Shown in pieces: positions 12,319 to 26,258 of a stretch of 64,000 nt of DNA. The stretch covers positions 18,247,530-18,311,529 of the forward strand of contig NC_068984.1 in assembly GCF_001194135.2 (NCBI RefSeq). The letters run 5' to 3'. Source of the stretch: Octopus bimaculoides. Its lineage: Eukaryota. Each line of letters begins with the position of its first letter. The first letter of the stretch is position 1. The translations under genes were made by a program, and so were the position numbers. A model generated the notes under the pieces. That model did no database searches. It was given only the letters and a program-made list of their open reading frames with translations, and had not been told where the DNA came from.

Positions 12319-13908
12319 CACACACACACTTGAGAAAGAGAAGGGAAAAGAGAGGAAATATATTTATTTGTTCGTGTTTAAACCCCAGATGGTCCCTGAT
12401 CAAAAGTGTTCAAGCTGTAACTGTCCTTTCTTCCCTATGTACATCATGACTCATACACTGTTCACTTTCCTGACTTTTGCACATAATTCTACATACTGTT
12501 CATGCACCTTTGATGAGGTGTAGTGCACCTGAGCAGCACCATACACAATAATTTCATTATTATTATCTTAAGTATCTATACTTATATTATGCTATGTTGT
12601 TTCTTTTTCTAAGGCAGTGGAGTGGGATTTTAGGAAGATTTGACTACTATTTCTAGCAAATTGGGTTACCATGTAGTCTCTTGTTGGTTCATTTTATGTG
12701 ATGATGTTTTATCAGGTGTACTCAATATCAGGCTGATTAATTCTGAAGTGCTAACAAAAAATATAGTCACTTAGCTACTTTAAGTATATTATTTTCTTCG
12801 ATTTTTACTGGCAGAAATGGTAATGCACTTGGAGAATTGTCTTAAACTCCTCTTTATGTCTAGACTTATAAGTGTTGGTTCAACTAGCTGTATAGATTGA
12901 CAGAAATAATTTGATGTATTACTGAAAGAAAAAGGGAAAAAATAAAAAAGATCCAGAATTTACAGGAATTTTACACTTAGATTCAAACTATGCTGAAGTG
13001 CAAGAGAACTAAATAATTTGCTAAGTACTAAAATTATTTCGCTGATTAGCCAATTTGAACTTAATGGTCATCTTAGTAATACCACACTAATCTTTTTAAT
13101 TAGCAGTGATTCTTCTTTCTAACAACACTTTTTGTTTCTCAATTAAACTTTGAAAGAATGAACTAAGCAGCATATTCTGAATAAAGGCAATGGAATCTTC
13201 GCAATCTTGTATTTTTTGTTATTCTAAATTATCTTTCGTTCCCTTTCTCTCCCTAAACTTTGTCCTGTGATAATCACTCCAAGAAATATTTGAATGAAAT
13301 TTCAAAATATTAAGTGTGTAATGTATTTCGTGTGTGATATATTCTAAGATTTTTATACAAATATTCAGAACTTCTAAGTCCGCAAAAAAATTTAAATTCA
13401 TTAAAAGTACTTGTCAATTTATGTTATTCTGTAACTTAGACAAACTAATTATTTTCACAAATTTGCATATATTAACTCCTTTGTGATTAGAAATTGTTCT
13501 CTTAAGTTTCAATATAATCAAAAGTTTTGAGATGTTTAGTAAAACTTTAACTTTATATATTGGTGTATAACATGACCTGTTTGGTTTTGTTGGTAGTCTC
13601 TTGAGTCTAAGAAAGACGGTTCCATAATTTCTTGCTGAATAGCCTACACAGATGATGTGTTTATTGTAGTCAAATCTTTGTTCCGTACGTAAGCTCATTC
13701 TCTCCATCAAATTGACGTTGCCTGCACAGTTTCAGAGTGTGCTACATGTCTGATGTCAAAGTGATGGTAGAGCAACATGAAATGAAGTGCTTTGCTCAAG
13801 AATACAACACACTGCCTTGTCCTGGAATTGCAACCATGATCTTGTGATTATGAGTGCAACACCCTTACCACTTGGTCACACACCCTCACTGATCAATTAA
13901 TTATATTA

Positions 13909-14136
13909 TTGGATTGTCCAGAAAGTTCATGCCGATTTTTAAAGGAAAGAAAAAGGTCAATAAATAATTGCCATTACATTTTTAATCAACCAAATATGAA
14001 CCATTTTGTTGCACAATGCGTCTCCATCTTTCCTTTAACTTGAAAATACCCTCTTCCCAGAATTGAGGTGGTTTCATGGCAAATAAGTCGAAAGGTAAGT
14101 TACTATAAATCGGCACGAACTTTCCAGACAATCCAA
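13909..14136 (-). mobile_element. Mariner non-autonomous element (228 bp) carrying the transposase C-terminus
   Basis: 30-bp TIRs (27/30 identical) at 13909-13938 and 14107-14136, flanked by TA on both sides. Minus strand encodes FWEEGIFKLKERWRRIVQQNGSYLVD*, a typical mariner transposase end. Confidence 0.92.
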
Positions 14137-14419
14137 TATAAATGCCAGTCAAATGATATTGTAATGAGATTTTGATTGACACTTTAGATTAAATATGAAT
14201 ATTTCCCTACTGGCATTCTCAGCAGAGTTGGTACTAAAAGACTTAAATGCATGTCCTTGAGTGTCTATCATATATTTTGTCTTGAATTATTGTTTCTATT
14301 TTGGTGTTCATTTCCTTATATATATTTTGGTGTTTATTTCCTTATATATATGAAATATTACTGATATCAATAAATGATTTGCTAGTAATTTTTATTCTCT
14401 TCTGATTTTCATTTTTTAG

Positions 14420-14507
14420 TGGCAAACAAAACCTACGGGTTCGAGAACACAACATCCTTGGCCCCTACGTCGATGGACTTTCAACACTAGTTGTATCATC
14501 ATTTGAG
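14420..14507 (+). CDS. KIF13: Kinesin-3 (KIF13A/B, Khc-73-like) motor-domain exon, encodes (x)GKQNLRVREHNILGPYVDGLSTLVVSSFE
   Basis: Manual translation gives the kinesin-3 LxVREHxxxGPYVxGLS motif. Acceptor ttttcattttttag|T (phase 2) and donor GAG|gtaaat (phase 0); 88 nt. Too short for the ORF track. Joins in frame to the 26259 exon. Confidence 0.93.
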
Positions 14508-14644
14508 GTAAATACCTTCTATTTTAAACTGTTGCCTGCTTCCCCCCCCCCCATGTCTTTTATTCTTCAATGGAAGAATTTTTCATTATTATTATTATTA
14601 AAGGAATAACTTATATTTTATTCTCCCATGCAATACCATAATTT

Positions 14645-15090
14645 CAAAAACCTGGCACTCTGTCAGTTACAACTATTTGTGTTCCAGTTGATCCAGTCAA
14701 CAAAACAGCCTGCTCATGAAAAACCCTTCTGATACCAAACCACCTCTGGCTCTGTAGTACAAATGTCTTATTTTCAAAAGTTCTGAATTAAAATCTTCCA
14801 CCAAACCTCAGTCACAATTTATGTTCCTAATGCTACCTTAGAGATAACTAAGATATTTTACTAAATTCTTTGTTATATTTAAAATTAATTGAAAGAAACA
14901 CAGAGCATCTCAACAGAAATATAACAAAAGGATCAGCATGCACAGTGGCTGAGTACTCCACAGACACGCATACTCTTAATTCTCAGAGGTTCAGCATGCC
15001 ATGCCGAATGTGTGAAGGCTAGCTCCACTGAACTACAGATATAACTCATTTGTACCAGCTGAATGGACAGGTGCAATATGAAATACCCCT
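14645..15090 (-). mobile_element. tRNA-SINE (9374 family) interrupted by a TTAA-type MITE at about 14722-14934
   Basis: SINE sequence AGCCTGCTCATGAAA...GCATGCACAGTGGCTGAGTACTCCACAGACAC is split by a ~210-bp AT-rich insert beginning AACCCTTCTGATACC and ending TAACAAAAGG. Confidence 0.7.
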
Positions 15091-15819
15091 AACCTCTAAA
15101 CCATGTGCCCTCACCTATATATTTATACATAATCCCAATAATCCTTTCAAACACATCAACATTTAAGTGATGACAAACGCAACCTTGTTGTCATACATTG
15201 AACGCTGAAGTAAAGTTATATCAAGTCTGATGTAACTCAGAGTTAATATATTATTTGTATTGAATTTATAATTTCAACTACTAAATACATTCAAATAATA
15301 ATATAATCATACAAAAGGGATATTTATGGAGACACTTATTGAAAGTAATCAGTAATACATTACTTTCCTTATGTATTAATTCAACGTTTATCATTTAGAT
15401 TAGACTTATATCATATTAAGTCCTTCTTCTTGTCATGAATTCAGTTTTTCAAACGATTGCTGACAGCAACATCTCATGCACAGCTCAAATCGCCACACAT
15501 ATGTTATATGATTTAACTATATATTACACTTTTTGTATATACTCGAAAAGGCTGGATGATCATGGCTGGAATAACTTCAACAATAAATCTACTTGATTGA
15601 GTAAAACTAAGGTTAAAGAACGACAAAGCAACAACTTTATCAGGCATATGTATCTGATTACACATATTCTCCATGTACAAACGTTAGCTTCACGCTTTGT
15701 TTTAGGAAGGGAGATAACTTTCAGAACTGCAATTTATTATCTTTCTTTTAACATGACAAGCTTTTAGAGCAGTTCAAAGAAATTCTTGTCGAACCGTATG
15801 TAGCGTGCGCCTACACGCA

Positions 15820-15861
<42 letters not shown>

Positions 15862-17534
15862 CTTTTGTCATAATTTCTCAATAGTAATGATTTTAGAGCA
15901 AATAAGGTGAGATTAATGTTCAATGGCATGACTTGGCACAAATTTAGCTATCATTATAAAAAATGCATTCATATCACATGTAGTGTTCAGCCAGAAAAAT
16001 GCCATTTTTTATATTTTGAGATTTAGTGAGAAAAATAAGTTAATTTGAAATTACTTTCAGCTGTGTATTTTTTTCCTTAGTTTTTTTTTTTCTGTTTTAC
16101 ATAACTGCATTTGTAAAATGCCTTTGGAGTAGCATTTCACGACTTTTTGTTGCGTCTGACATTGTATTTAAATTACTATTGCCTAAGTCACAGGTATTAG
16201 GATCAATCCTTTGTTATATTAATATTTATTATGGATCCTGTATTGTGATACGCTACTATTAATGCCCTCTTCACAGGTGATGTTGGCATAATTCAATATT
16301 GCAGCTTCTTCTTATTAATCTCTATTACAGCCACACTGCTAGAATTACTACTGTACAAACTATCTGTGCCAGGACGGAGTGGCTGGGAAAAGAATGATTG
16401 CTTGACAGTCTTTGCTTAGAAATGTGTTTAAACAAAGTCTATGAAATTACTGGAGAATCATTAGAGAAATACCTACTGTATTGATTAGACCAACTCTGAT
16501 TTTCTCTCATCACACATACACACACTATTTTGATTGCTATAGTCTGAGATAATTTTTAGATGCAATATTTCTACATATGTAAACTTCCTGCCACTACATT
16601 TGAAAGAACGTTATTAATTGGGGACTGAATTCATAAGACACAGTAAAAGACAGTTTCCAGTGGTATAGTTGACCTTAATGTTGCCTGGAACCCAAATTTT
16701 AACTTAAGCGTTTATTCTTTCCAGATAGAATTTTAACTTAAACTCCATTGGGATCATTTTGTCTTTCAGCTGTTTGTTATTGTAGTAGTAGTAGTAGTTG
16801 TTGTTGTTGTAATGCTGAGGAATTGTCTCGGTGAACAGATTGCAGATAGTGCGACAAAAATTTTGACACCAAATAATATATGATTGAGTTAACAGTTTTC
16901 GTATGTTTTTAACCGGCTAATATTGTCTTCCGCACAGTAATTGCTTTAGTTTCAGCGTATGGTCTCAGATCAAATCAGTTGCCAGACAAGCACATCTCCA
17001 AAATAATAATGATCATAATAATGATAATAACTATAATAACTAACTTTAATTCTCAGGTAGAGATCTGGCCAGTAACTAAAATTCCCCCCAAAGTAAAGCT
17101 AAAATATAAAATATAATATTTTTTCTACTCTAGGCGCAAGGCCCGAAATTTTTTTTTTGGTGGGGGAGGCAGTCAATTAGATTGACCCAGTATGTAACAG
17201 GTACTTAATTTATCATAAAACATAATAATGATGATAAAGGTGTGTGATAAAGAAGAAAAAAGTTGCTAAATATGGCAGGTTAGCTTGGGAGGTTAAACAG
17301 TTGTGGCCACTGAAAAAGGAGGTTATAAGACTAATATTTGTTGGAGTCTGAGGAACAATAAGTAAAGATCTTGAGAAGTCTATTGAATGAATATGAGTTG
17401 TAATACAAATGGAGCACTTACAGAAAACAGCACTGCTTGAATACTCCAGAAAATAAAGGGTCTTTCCTTGTTCACAGGCAGTAAAATCTGACACTGCAAT
17501 ACATCTCCAGTATTAGAAGCTGATCAAAGAAAAC

Positions 17535-17576
<42 letters not shown>

Positions 17577-20500
17577 CAGGCATGTATCAAGATAATTTCA
17601 GTAAATGTACCTCACCTCAAACATGTGAGAAAGATGCAGAGAATATTTGTCTTATTTGTTAAAATCTGTTTTCTCGTCTCTGGTTGTCACTATTTTCAAA
17701 GGTTCCTCTCCCTGACATGATGATCAGCTTTGTTGAAACACATATTTTCATTTCCCTGAATATGTTAGAATATATTGTGGAAAGGTCAACTCTAACATTT
17801 TTACATGAATGGAATCTCCGCTGAAACAAGCTTTTCTAACCTCTTTGTAATTCCATCAATAGAATAACCATTTGCAGGTGCATTTTCAATTGTTATTTTA
17901 TAAGAAGATCAGAAGAAAATGGAAAAAAAATATCACTTCATGAAACAAATTTGTGTTTTAGTTAGAAAATGTTTGTTTCATTTCATCCTACTAGCTTTTG
18001 TCTTTGATACAAGAAGCTTATTACTTTTTCACCTAATGTCTTAAGTTCCAAATATTTTTGTCGTGTTATGGGTTCCTCAACAGAAGTTCAATGTTGCAAT
18101 TAAAATAACTGAATGGCTTCAATGCAAATGGATGTAAGATTTTATATTCTGGGGAGAATTTAGCCAAGAGATTTACACCTCAAGTTTGGCACAGCCAGGA
18201 CTGTGTGGGAAGTTTAGTACAGCAGTTTGCATTCCAGGCAAACTATGGTTCCACATTGAAAAACACAACTCCGATTGGAACTAGTTCCAAATATTTAAAT
18301 CATTTATTGGAAAAATTATGTCTTGAATATTTTAACTCTTCTGTCTATTTGTAATAAAAACTAAATATTCTTCTATCACAATCAGTTATGAATTGGCAAT
18401 GATAACAATAGTGTTGACATTGTTTGTTGCTGTCTTTGTCATCGACATCATCATCATAATAATCGCCTTTCTCGTCATCATTGTTCACATTGTTAATCGA
18501 TGTCATTATCATGGTTGGTCATGATTTATGAAATTTTAGCTCTTATCATGAATAAATTTTATACGTTTCAAAACTGATATTGAATTCGGTACATTTACAA
18601 ATGTTTTTGTAAGCAATTATCTCGCCGAACTGAAGATATTGTTCAGAATAATATAGAAGATATTTCAACCTATCAGAAACTAAAGAGGAAATAATTATTA
18701 TTTTCCAACATTCGCAAGTTAATTGATAAGAACTTCATTCTAGCTGCAAGGAAGCTAAACGACTTTGTTGCTTTAACGCCTCATTGATTGTAGCTGCCAA
18801 AGTATTATTCCAAAGATTTAGATATGTTCTACAGGAAATCTGGAAATTCTGTTCTCCAATAAACAACATTTTATGGATATTCTGTTGTTTAAATGTAAAT
18901 GCTAATCGATTTAGGACATGAGTGTGCCCTAAACACATTTTTCCAACGCTAATATATGAAAATGGTTGTTGAAATGTCAATAAAGATAATGACAATGATT
19001 ATAACGAAAATTTATATTATATAAATGCAGGTATACAGAAAGAGAGAGACGCTCTACTACGCATTAATGTAGCCTCCACTAACATAGTAAAACAGACATT
19101 AAAATAATAATGACTCTGGTGATTTTTTAAAATACACAAACTATTTTATGTGTAAGTTTAATGCATTTTCAGTCTATCAACACCATCATCACTGTCATCA
19201 TTATCATCATCATCATCAACTAAAACTGCAACTCTGTTATTGGTGTAGCAGTATTTCACATTCCTAATAATATGTATTTGCATTCCTCAGTTGAGATGTC
19301 ACTCAATTAGGGCCAATTATTTCTGTGAAGATAGACTTTTACTGAAACTAGCAACCCTCGTGCATGTTAATTAATTTTCTTCTTAGCATCTACCTAATGA
19401 AATCAGTGGGGGGAAAATATAAATCCAGATGGGAAATAAGCTTCTGATTTTGTGACATTCACTATTGATTCTTATTTGAATTTTCTTATAACTGATTTAT
19501 TTCCCTCTCCATCTACCCATCCACTCCTACCTTCAGACTTCTTTTTCATTTATTGGATATTAATTAACGAGTGGGAGTACTTTTCTATTCACATGTACTT
19601 CCCTTCTCAGTAATCCAATATCATCATCATCATCATCATAAACGTTTTTTTTTTTTTTTAATAAGCTCCAGATAAGTGAAGTGCTTCACTTAGAGGCAAT
19701 TTCGATTTTCTGTATAGGTATAAAGTCACACACATATATATGTATGTATGTATGTATAGCAAAATGTACCTAGAATGCATTGCTCTACATGGCTTTAGTC
19801 ATGATGCTTAAAACAAACTAAAGAGCATATAGAAAGGGGAATAACAAGTTAGAAAAAAAATCAATAGTTTTCCCAAGGGCTGGAAACAGCCCCAAAATAA
19901 AATAAAATAAAAAGCAAATTCTAATCAAACTGGAAGCCTTTATCAATCCATTCTTATTTCATGTCCTTAATTTCCATAATTCTCTCTGACTACTGCCTCG
20001 TTACTTTGACAAAGTAAACCCCTCTGATCCACCCACAATACACATACAGTTTGTTTAAGTTGGCTGATTACAAACCTATCTATACTGACTGTCATGCCTG
20101 TGATCATCCTTTCTTTTGTGTATCCCTCACATCTCCTGAACTGGCAAACTATTCTCTGCAGATATTTTTACAGAAAGAATATGAATTTGCTGTTCAAAGA
20201 AAGAATAGAACCTATCGTTTATGGGAAAATATTCCTACCTCTATTTATGCCAATCAACAATATCTTTTTCATTCAGTTGCAGCCTGTTTTGCTGACAGAC
20301 CACGTTTACATATAGCTAACAAGTGCCCCTCCCCTCTCTCTCTTATTTTTTTTTAAACAGCATCTCCTTTATTCATCAACCCAAATGGCTTTGTCAGCAG
20401 ATTTTTTGCTATAAAGGAAAACTAACTCATTTAGTTCTTTCCTTTCTAAGTATAAAGGGTCCTTTTCAGTACAATCTCCCTCCTTCCTTCTATTCAAAGA

Positions 20501-21489
20501 ACTATCCTTGATTCTGTTGTTTCCAAGTTTGTGTATTCCTTTTCTCTTTACTTTCTCCACCCTTTTAGTCTCTCTCGTCCCCAAATATGACTCTTTCAAA
20601 TTATCCTTAAATCTTCGACTTTCAATTAACTTCCACTGAAGGTACCCCGTTTGAAATATGTACTCAACTGCACTAACCTCCAACCGGTTCCTTTCCTCTA
20701 AATATATCAAGGTGTCAGTTATATTTTGCAATATTGCTTGATTGGTGTGTTGCCAGTTTAACTGAAGCCTAATGTTATACCCTTATAATGTTTTGTCAAC
20801 AGTTTTACATTGCACACAACTAAGTCAAGAATTACCATTGTCACTGAGCACTTTTAGAGAAGTTCCATATTTACACACCAAAGATTTGCAGTGAGTTCCA
20901 CAAAAAGAATAGTACTTACTGGTTCTTTTGAATATCTGCAGACCTTAGGAAAATGTCCCCCCACCCTGCTGCTTTTTCAACACTTGCAACAAATAATATC
21001 TGTTGGCTGGACATTACATGGCCAGCTGATATTTTTTTTATTTTTAAGTAACTGAAATATCATTATAGGTATTGCACTCAAATAATTTGAAAATTTTCTA
21101 GAGGAATAGAGTTCACCCGGAGTTGCAGATAAAAAGTAATTAGTTCCATCGATTGTAGCTTTATACAAAGACAAGCAGCTAGTGCAGCAGGGTGCATGCA
21201 CCGCAAGAACTGTGTGCATCACCAAGAAGTTTTCAGGTCAGGGTTCACATTTCTTGCTGACAGTTGTAATTTTAGTAAATTGAATTTGAAACAAGAATAA
21301 CTCAAGGTGAAAGTAAATTTAAATCAAGCTGTAATTTACTCAGTTCTACTTGCATTCTCTAATAGACTACAGACAAGTTTAAAAAGGTATTTATCACAGC
21401 AGTGACAGCTATTAAATACAGCATCTTGTGGCAATTCAGCCATTTCTGTTCTTATTGCAATACATTATTTACATTAAATTATTACAATA

Positions 21490-21676
21490 TCATCATCATC
21501 ATCGTACATCCGCTTTCCATCCTAGCATGGGTTGGACGATTTTACTGGGGACTGGCGAACCGGATGGCTACACCAGACTCCAATCTGATCTGGCAGAGTT
21601 TCTACAGCTGGATGCCTTTCGTAACGCTAACCACTCCTAGTGTAATGGGTGCTTTTTATGTGCCACCGGCACCAAC
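21490..21676 (-). mobile_element. Meta-like SINE 3' portion
   Basis: (CAT)n + CGTACATCCGCTTTCCATCCTAGCATGGGTTGGACG...CTGGATGCCTTTCGTAACGCTAACC. Confidence 0.85.
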
Positions 21677-21699
21677 AGGTTAAAGCTACAATTAAGCTC

Positions 21700-22480
21700 C
21701 ATGAATACATAAACATATAAAGCACTTCTTAAACCTGTTTAACCCTCACAGCACAAATATTTTCCAAGGGTATCTTCTCGTTCCTTCTTAGCAACTTTTC
21801 GATATGACTCTAGATTCCTAAAATGGTAATACTGCACTCCAGCTTTTGCGTATTTCCAATTACAATTCCTGATTGACCGGAACATTCTCCATCAATAAAG
21901 TCTTTGTAAAATTTAGTCATTTATAGAAACAACTACGTGAATTCTTACAATCTCTGTATATATGAAAGGTCTTTTGAGCTCCTATGTTTTTCTCGCAGAT
22001 AAACCATTTTCCAGCATTGTTAGGATTACAACAAACGTTGCTTCCTTTTTAAATCAAAAAGTCTATAATCCTTGATCAGTTATTGAGTCTTTGTAAGACT
22101 CACTTAGATGCCAGTCTAAAATATCAGTTATCGGATGTTGTACTTGGCTGCTATCAAAATCTAGCTACTGGGTAAACCTTTAATCTCTACTTCAATAATG
22201 TCTTCTTTTTGGTTCTTCTTTCATGACTACAGATGTTGTTCTTCTTTTTTACCTTTATGGTTTCCTTATCAAATGCGTCTTTCTTTTTCCCTAAGTCCAA
22301 ACTTTCTTAGTTTCTTACTTTATGCAGTTTCTTTTGAATATAAGGCTTTGATAACTCTTACAGTGTATTGGCTGTAAAAGTGTTCAATACCTGACTTCAA
22401 GATTATGAGTTCAAACGTTTCCATAGCCTTTATTATGTCCCTTGTGTACTTGCCTCTCTACTGTTAAGGTGAAGCTAAGT
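21700..22480 (-). pseudogene. Possible decayed gag-like/ORF1 relic of a non-LTR element; a similar coding-like block lies at about 19960-20760
   Basis: Fragmented frames (KYTRDIIKAMETFE..GIEHFY, EVEIKGLP..ILIAA) and a degenerate CCHC-knuckle-like stretch near 21800-21850; many stops. Family unverified. Confidence 0.3.
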
Positions 22481-22779
22481 ATTATTTCTACTTTATAATT
22501 GATTATTTAGTTTAAAATGGTACCAGTTGTGGATTTATGAAAATTTGGAAAGAAAATAGGGGGGAAAATATTTCCACACGAGTTTTCTAAAGAAAAAGTT
22601 GAACTAAGTATTAACGGATATCAGCCAATTATTCCATCCTTCACAATCACTGAAAACCTTATGAGATTTGCACTAAAAATATATAACACCAACTAAAACG
22701 GTTCCATTAATAATACCAGGAAAAATAAAAAAGAAAATGGCATAGAAATACATATTTTGGGGATAATAAAACGAGTTTC

Positions 22780-23100
22780 ATAGAGAAAAATTTTCCTAAT
22801 ACTTATGCAATTCAAATTCAGCACCATTTATTGAACTCCTTTGAAATCTGCCAATCTGTTCAACTCATATAAAATGTGATGTCCATCACATATTGAACTG
22901 CTCTAAATGGAGCCTGTCAAATGTTTGGCATAAAGGAAATATTTTCCTTTTATTTCTAGTTACAAAAGTTTTCCCTTGTTATAGAATGTTTGCCAAACAC
23001 CAAACTGCTATTTATTAAGGGTACTTCATATCACAATGTATTGTAATATTCATTTTTTTTCTTTGTATTTTTTTCCTGTCTCATTAACTTGCTATAGAAT
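22780..23100 (-). mobile_element. Ancient CR1/L2-like LINE RT C-terminal relic
   Basis: Minus-strand frame TFDRLHLEQFNM*WTSHFI*VEQIGRFQR resembles the RPHLEY...WSPH...IERVQR motif. Confidence 0.45.
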
Positions 23101-23949
23101 ATGGCTCTTTATGTAAGAATTCCTATAGAGCTTTCTACCTTCAAGTGACACATGAAATAGAAGCTACTGTGTTTTAGAAAATTATGTCGCTGCAGTGTTT
23201 AAGCTAGATTTTGCCTAGTTTTCAACCATTTAACTGTTTATATTTTGACAATGACATTTAATCTTTCATGGCTTAGAATATAAAAGGGGATGGAAATAAG
23301 CGATTGTCATGGGATTTCAAATCTAAAAGGTTATAGATTTCCAATGCCTGCTTACCCATTCTTATAGTATAAGAAAGATTAAATTCAATTTTCTACTTTT
23401 GGATTTAACTTTGATTTTGAAGTCCATGTATCAAGACAGAGTTTTCTATACACCACGAAAAATTGCTCTGACACTAATATAATCGTTTTATATCTCTTTG
23501 TTATTGGTGAATTCACATTCAGCGAAGTGTCCATTAGTAACTAAGTACTACACAGCATCAGTACACTGTTGCTCTTTTATAGGAACAGCAACCTATAATT
23601 TTCTATCACTTTCTTTGTGCCTACTTTATGTACAGTAATAATGGAGACCTTTCTCAACTGATTCAAAGCATGTTTTATGGAAATTATTTTTATTGGTCAG
23701 TCTAGACAGGAGGATACGTTTATCTAGGCAACATTGATAGTTTAATGTTTACTTTAATTGAGGTTTAAGAGAAAATATGAGCCAGAAGAGAAAGTTGCAT
23801 TGGCACGCAGTTCTATGTAGAAATAATTTAGCAAAATATTTTTATCTCTTGTGAGAAAATTAATTCTTCAAACAGAATGAATAAGTATGCCTAGTTTATG
23901 CGTGAAGCCTGTTCATCACCACAGTTTTCTGTTGTACCTGTATGCTCTA

Positions 23950-24500
23950 TTAGTCATCTCCATCCAGTTCTTGATAACATTGCTCCAGTATTATCTTTAT
24001 CATTCGGTTGCCTGTTTTCTGTCCATCCTGCGCCCCACCTCTAGGATATGGACACCGAAACGTTGGACTTCTGATAGCATGGCTATCAATTTTTATTTGG
24101 CTTATATCACTTTCCAGGACTACAAACCACTAAACTAAGTTTTTAGATTGTTGATATAGCATTAATTTCACTTTCCTTCCTGCTTCTGTGAAACAGTAAT
24201 GGATTAGGACCCCCAAGTCTCTTCATTCTAAGATTTTGATATTTGCTCTGCCAATACCACACTTCATAATGATATATACAGAATGTTGAGTTTTCTAATC
24301 TAAAAGTGTGTAGTATGTGTCTCTTCAATGCCTTCAGCCATTCACCATATTTTCTTGTGTAAAAGTCACACTCCCAATTTAATTTTAAATCTTGGTATAA
24401 AATCTCTCTTTGTAATTTAAACTTTGTTCCATGTATGTCCATATGTTTTTTCCAATTGAAATCAAGTATAAAATAATTCAATCTATACATGAGTAAGTAC
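23950..24500 (-). mobile_element. Decayed CR1-type LINE RT C-terminal relic
   Basis: Minus-strand frames ILE*RDLGVLIH and frameshifted FRCPY...QKQATRMIK resemble CR1 ERDLGVL and WCPY...VQRRATRMIK. The 119-aa track ORF here is an off-frame by-product. Confidence 0.6.
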
Positions 24501-25740
24501 ATTGGCAGTGCTTTAGTTTGCAGTAAAATGATGGAGAAATATATTGCCTGAAGTCTAAAAGGCTATGCAACTCTCTCTCTTCCATTCAGTCTGAGGAAGT
24601 ATGGCTAACAGTGTTAGCATTAGTGAGATTCTTGTATGTTAGCTGTCAGTTGGAAACAAGTTGTAATGCGATGATGAAATCTCAAGAGAGTTTAGTTCAG
24701 TAATAGGGACTGAAAAAAAATAATTCATATTGTCGTTCAGACACAGGTGAATCCCAGTGGAGCAAAGCTCTGATCAAAGGCATTCCAACCATGACCGTTG
24801 TATTGAATTTTGTTAACAGAAAATAATTTTAGACCACAGTACTCATTGTTTAATTAAAAAATTACGTTGGTGTTGCTAAACGAAAGTTTATGAATGACAG
24901 CTTACCTATTGTACTAATGAATTTTTAATAAGATAGACACAAATTATTAAAAAATATCTTTTTTAAAACTTAAAATTCAGAAAATTGTTTTATGCAACAA
25001 CCCTCTTTGATAACTGAAATAAAATTTTATTAAATGGAGGGGACAAAACTATTACAGAGTTACGTCCCTTATACCCAATTACTGTTCCTTTTTTTATTTA
25101 TTTATTCTTCCTGAACGAGCATATTTGCATATTTGAACCACCAAATTAGTGCTGTCATTTTTGTTTGACTAATGATTTATTTCATTAAAATAAGATTATA
25201 ATCTTCCAGCATTTTTCATCTTACTGCAATTATCTTTGAAAAATTAATGCTTGTGATGACTTGTGTGCATTGAGCACTTTTGATGTAGAATACCTCGCTA
25301 TGATTAATTATGAAACACTCTATGGAATACTTCTGTGTCTTGTTACTAAGGGTGAGCGTGTGTTTCTCTGTGTGTCTGTATTTGTTTGTGTATTTACTCT
25401 ACATAAGATATTGTCTGCTTTGTTTTTGTTTTATGTAAAAACAGTTAGAAATTCTTATAACACACGTATGTGAGTGTATATGTGTATGAATGTGTGTGTA
25501 TGTTTATATTTGTTTATATTACACACACACACACATACACCTACAATTCTTTTTACAGTGCACTTTCTCTTTGCGTTTTGCTGACACACAGTTACAGATT
25601 ATTTGAAAACACCTGCCTCTCTCTCTCTCTCTGATTAGAAGCTTTGACTTCTAAGGAAATATGCGCACTCTCTATATTGAGTACTTCAAACACCAACGTT
25701 TGTAAATACACACCTTCACATGTGTGTACATATGTATGTC

Positions 25741-25775
<35 letters not shown>

Positions 25776-26004
25776 NNNNNNNNNNNNNNNNNNNNNNNNN
25801 NNNNNNNNNNNNNNNNNNNNNNNNNNNNNNNNNNNNNNNNNNNNNNNNNNNNNNNNNNNNNNNNNNNNNNNNNNNNNNNNNNNNNNNNNNNNNNNNNNNN
25901 NNNNNNNNNNNNNNNNNNNNNNNNNNNNNNNNNNNNNNNNNNNNNNNNNNNNNNNNNNNNNNNNNNNNNNNNNNNNNNNNNNNNNNNNNNNNNNNNNNNN
26001 NNNN

Positions 26005-26060
<56 letters not shown>

Positions 26061-26063
26061 CTC

Positions 26064-26106
<43 letters not shown>

Positions 26107-26258
26107 ATTGCTCTACCATTTGTTGTTTTATGTAACAAACATTCCTGTATTTACATTTTCAAATACTAACAAAAAAAAACACGCATGCACAAAATAAATA
26201 AAAACAAGACAAAAACAAACGAACACGTTTTATCTTCTTCTTCTTCTTCTTCTTGTAG

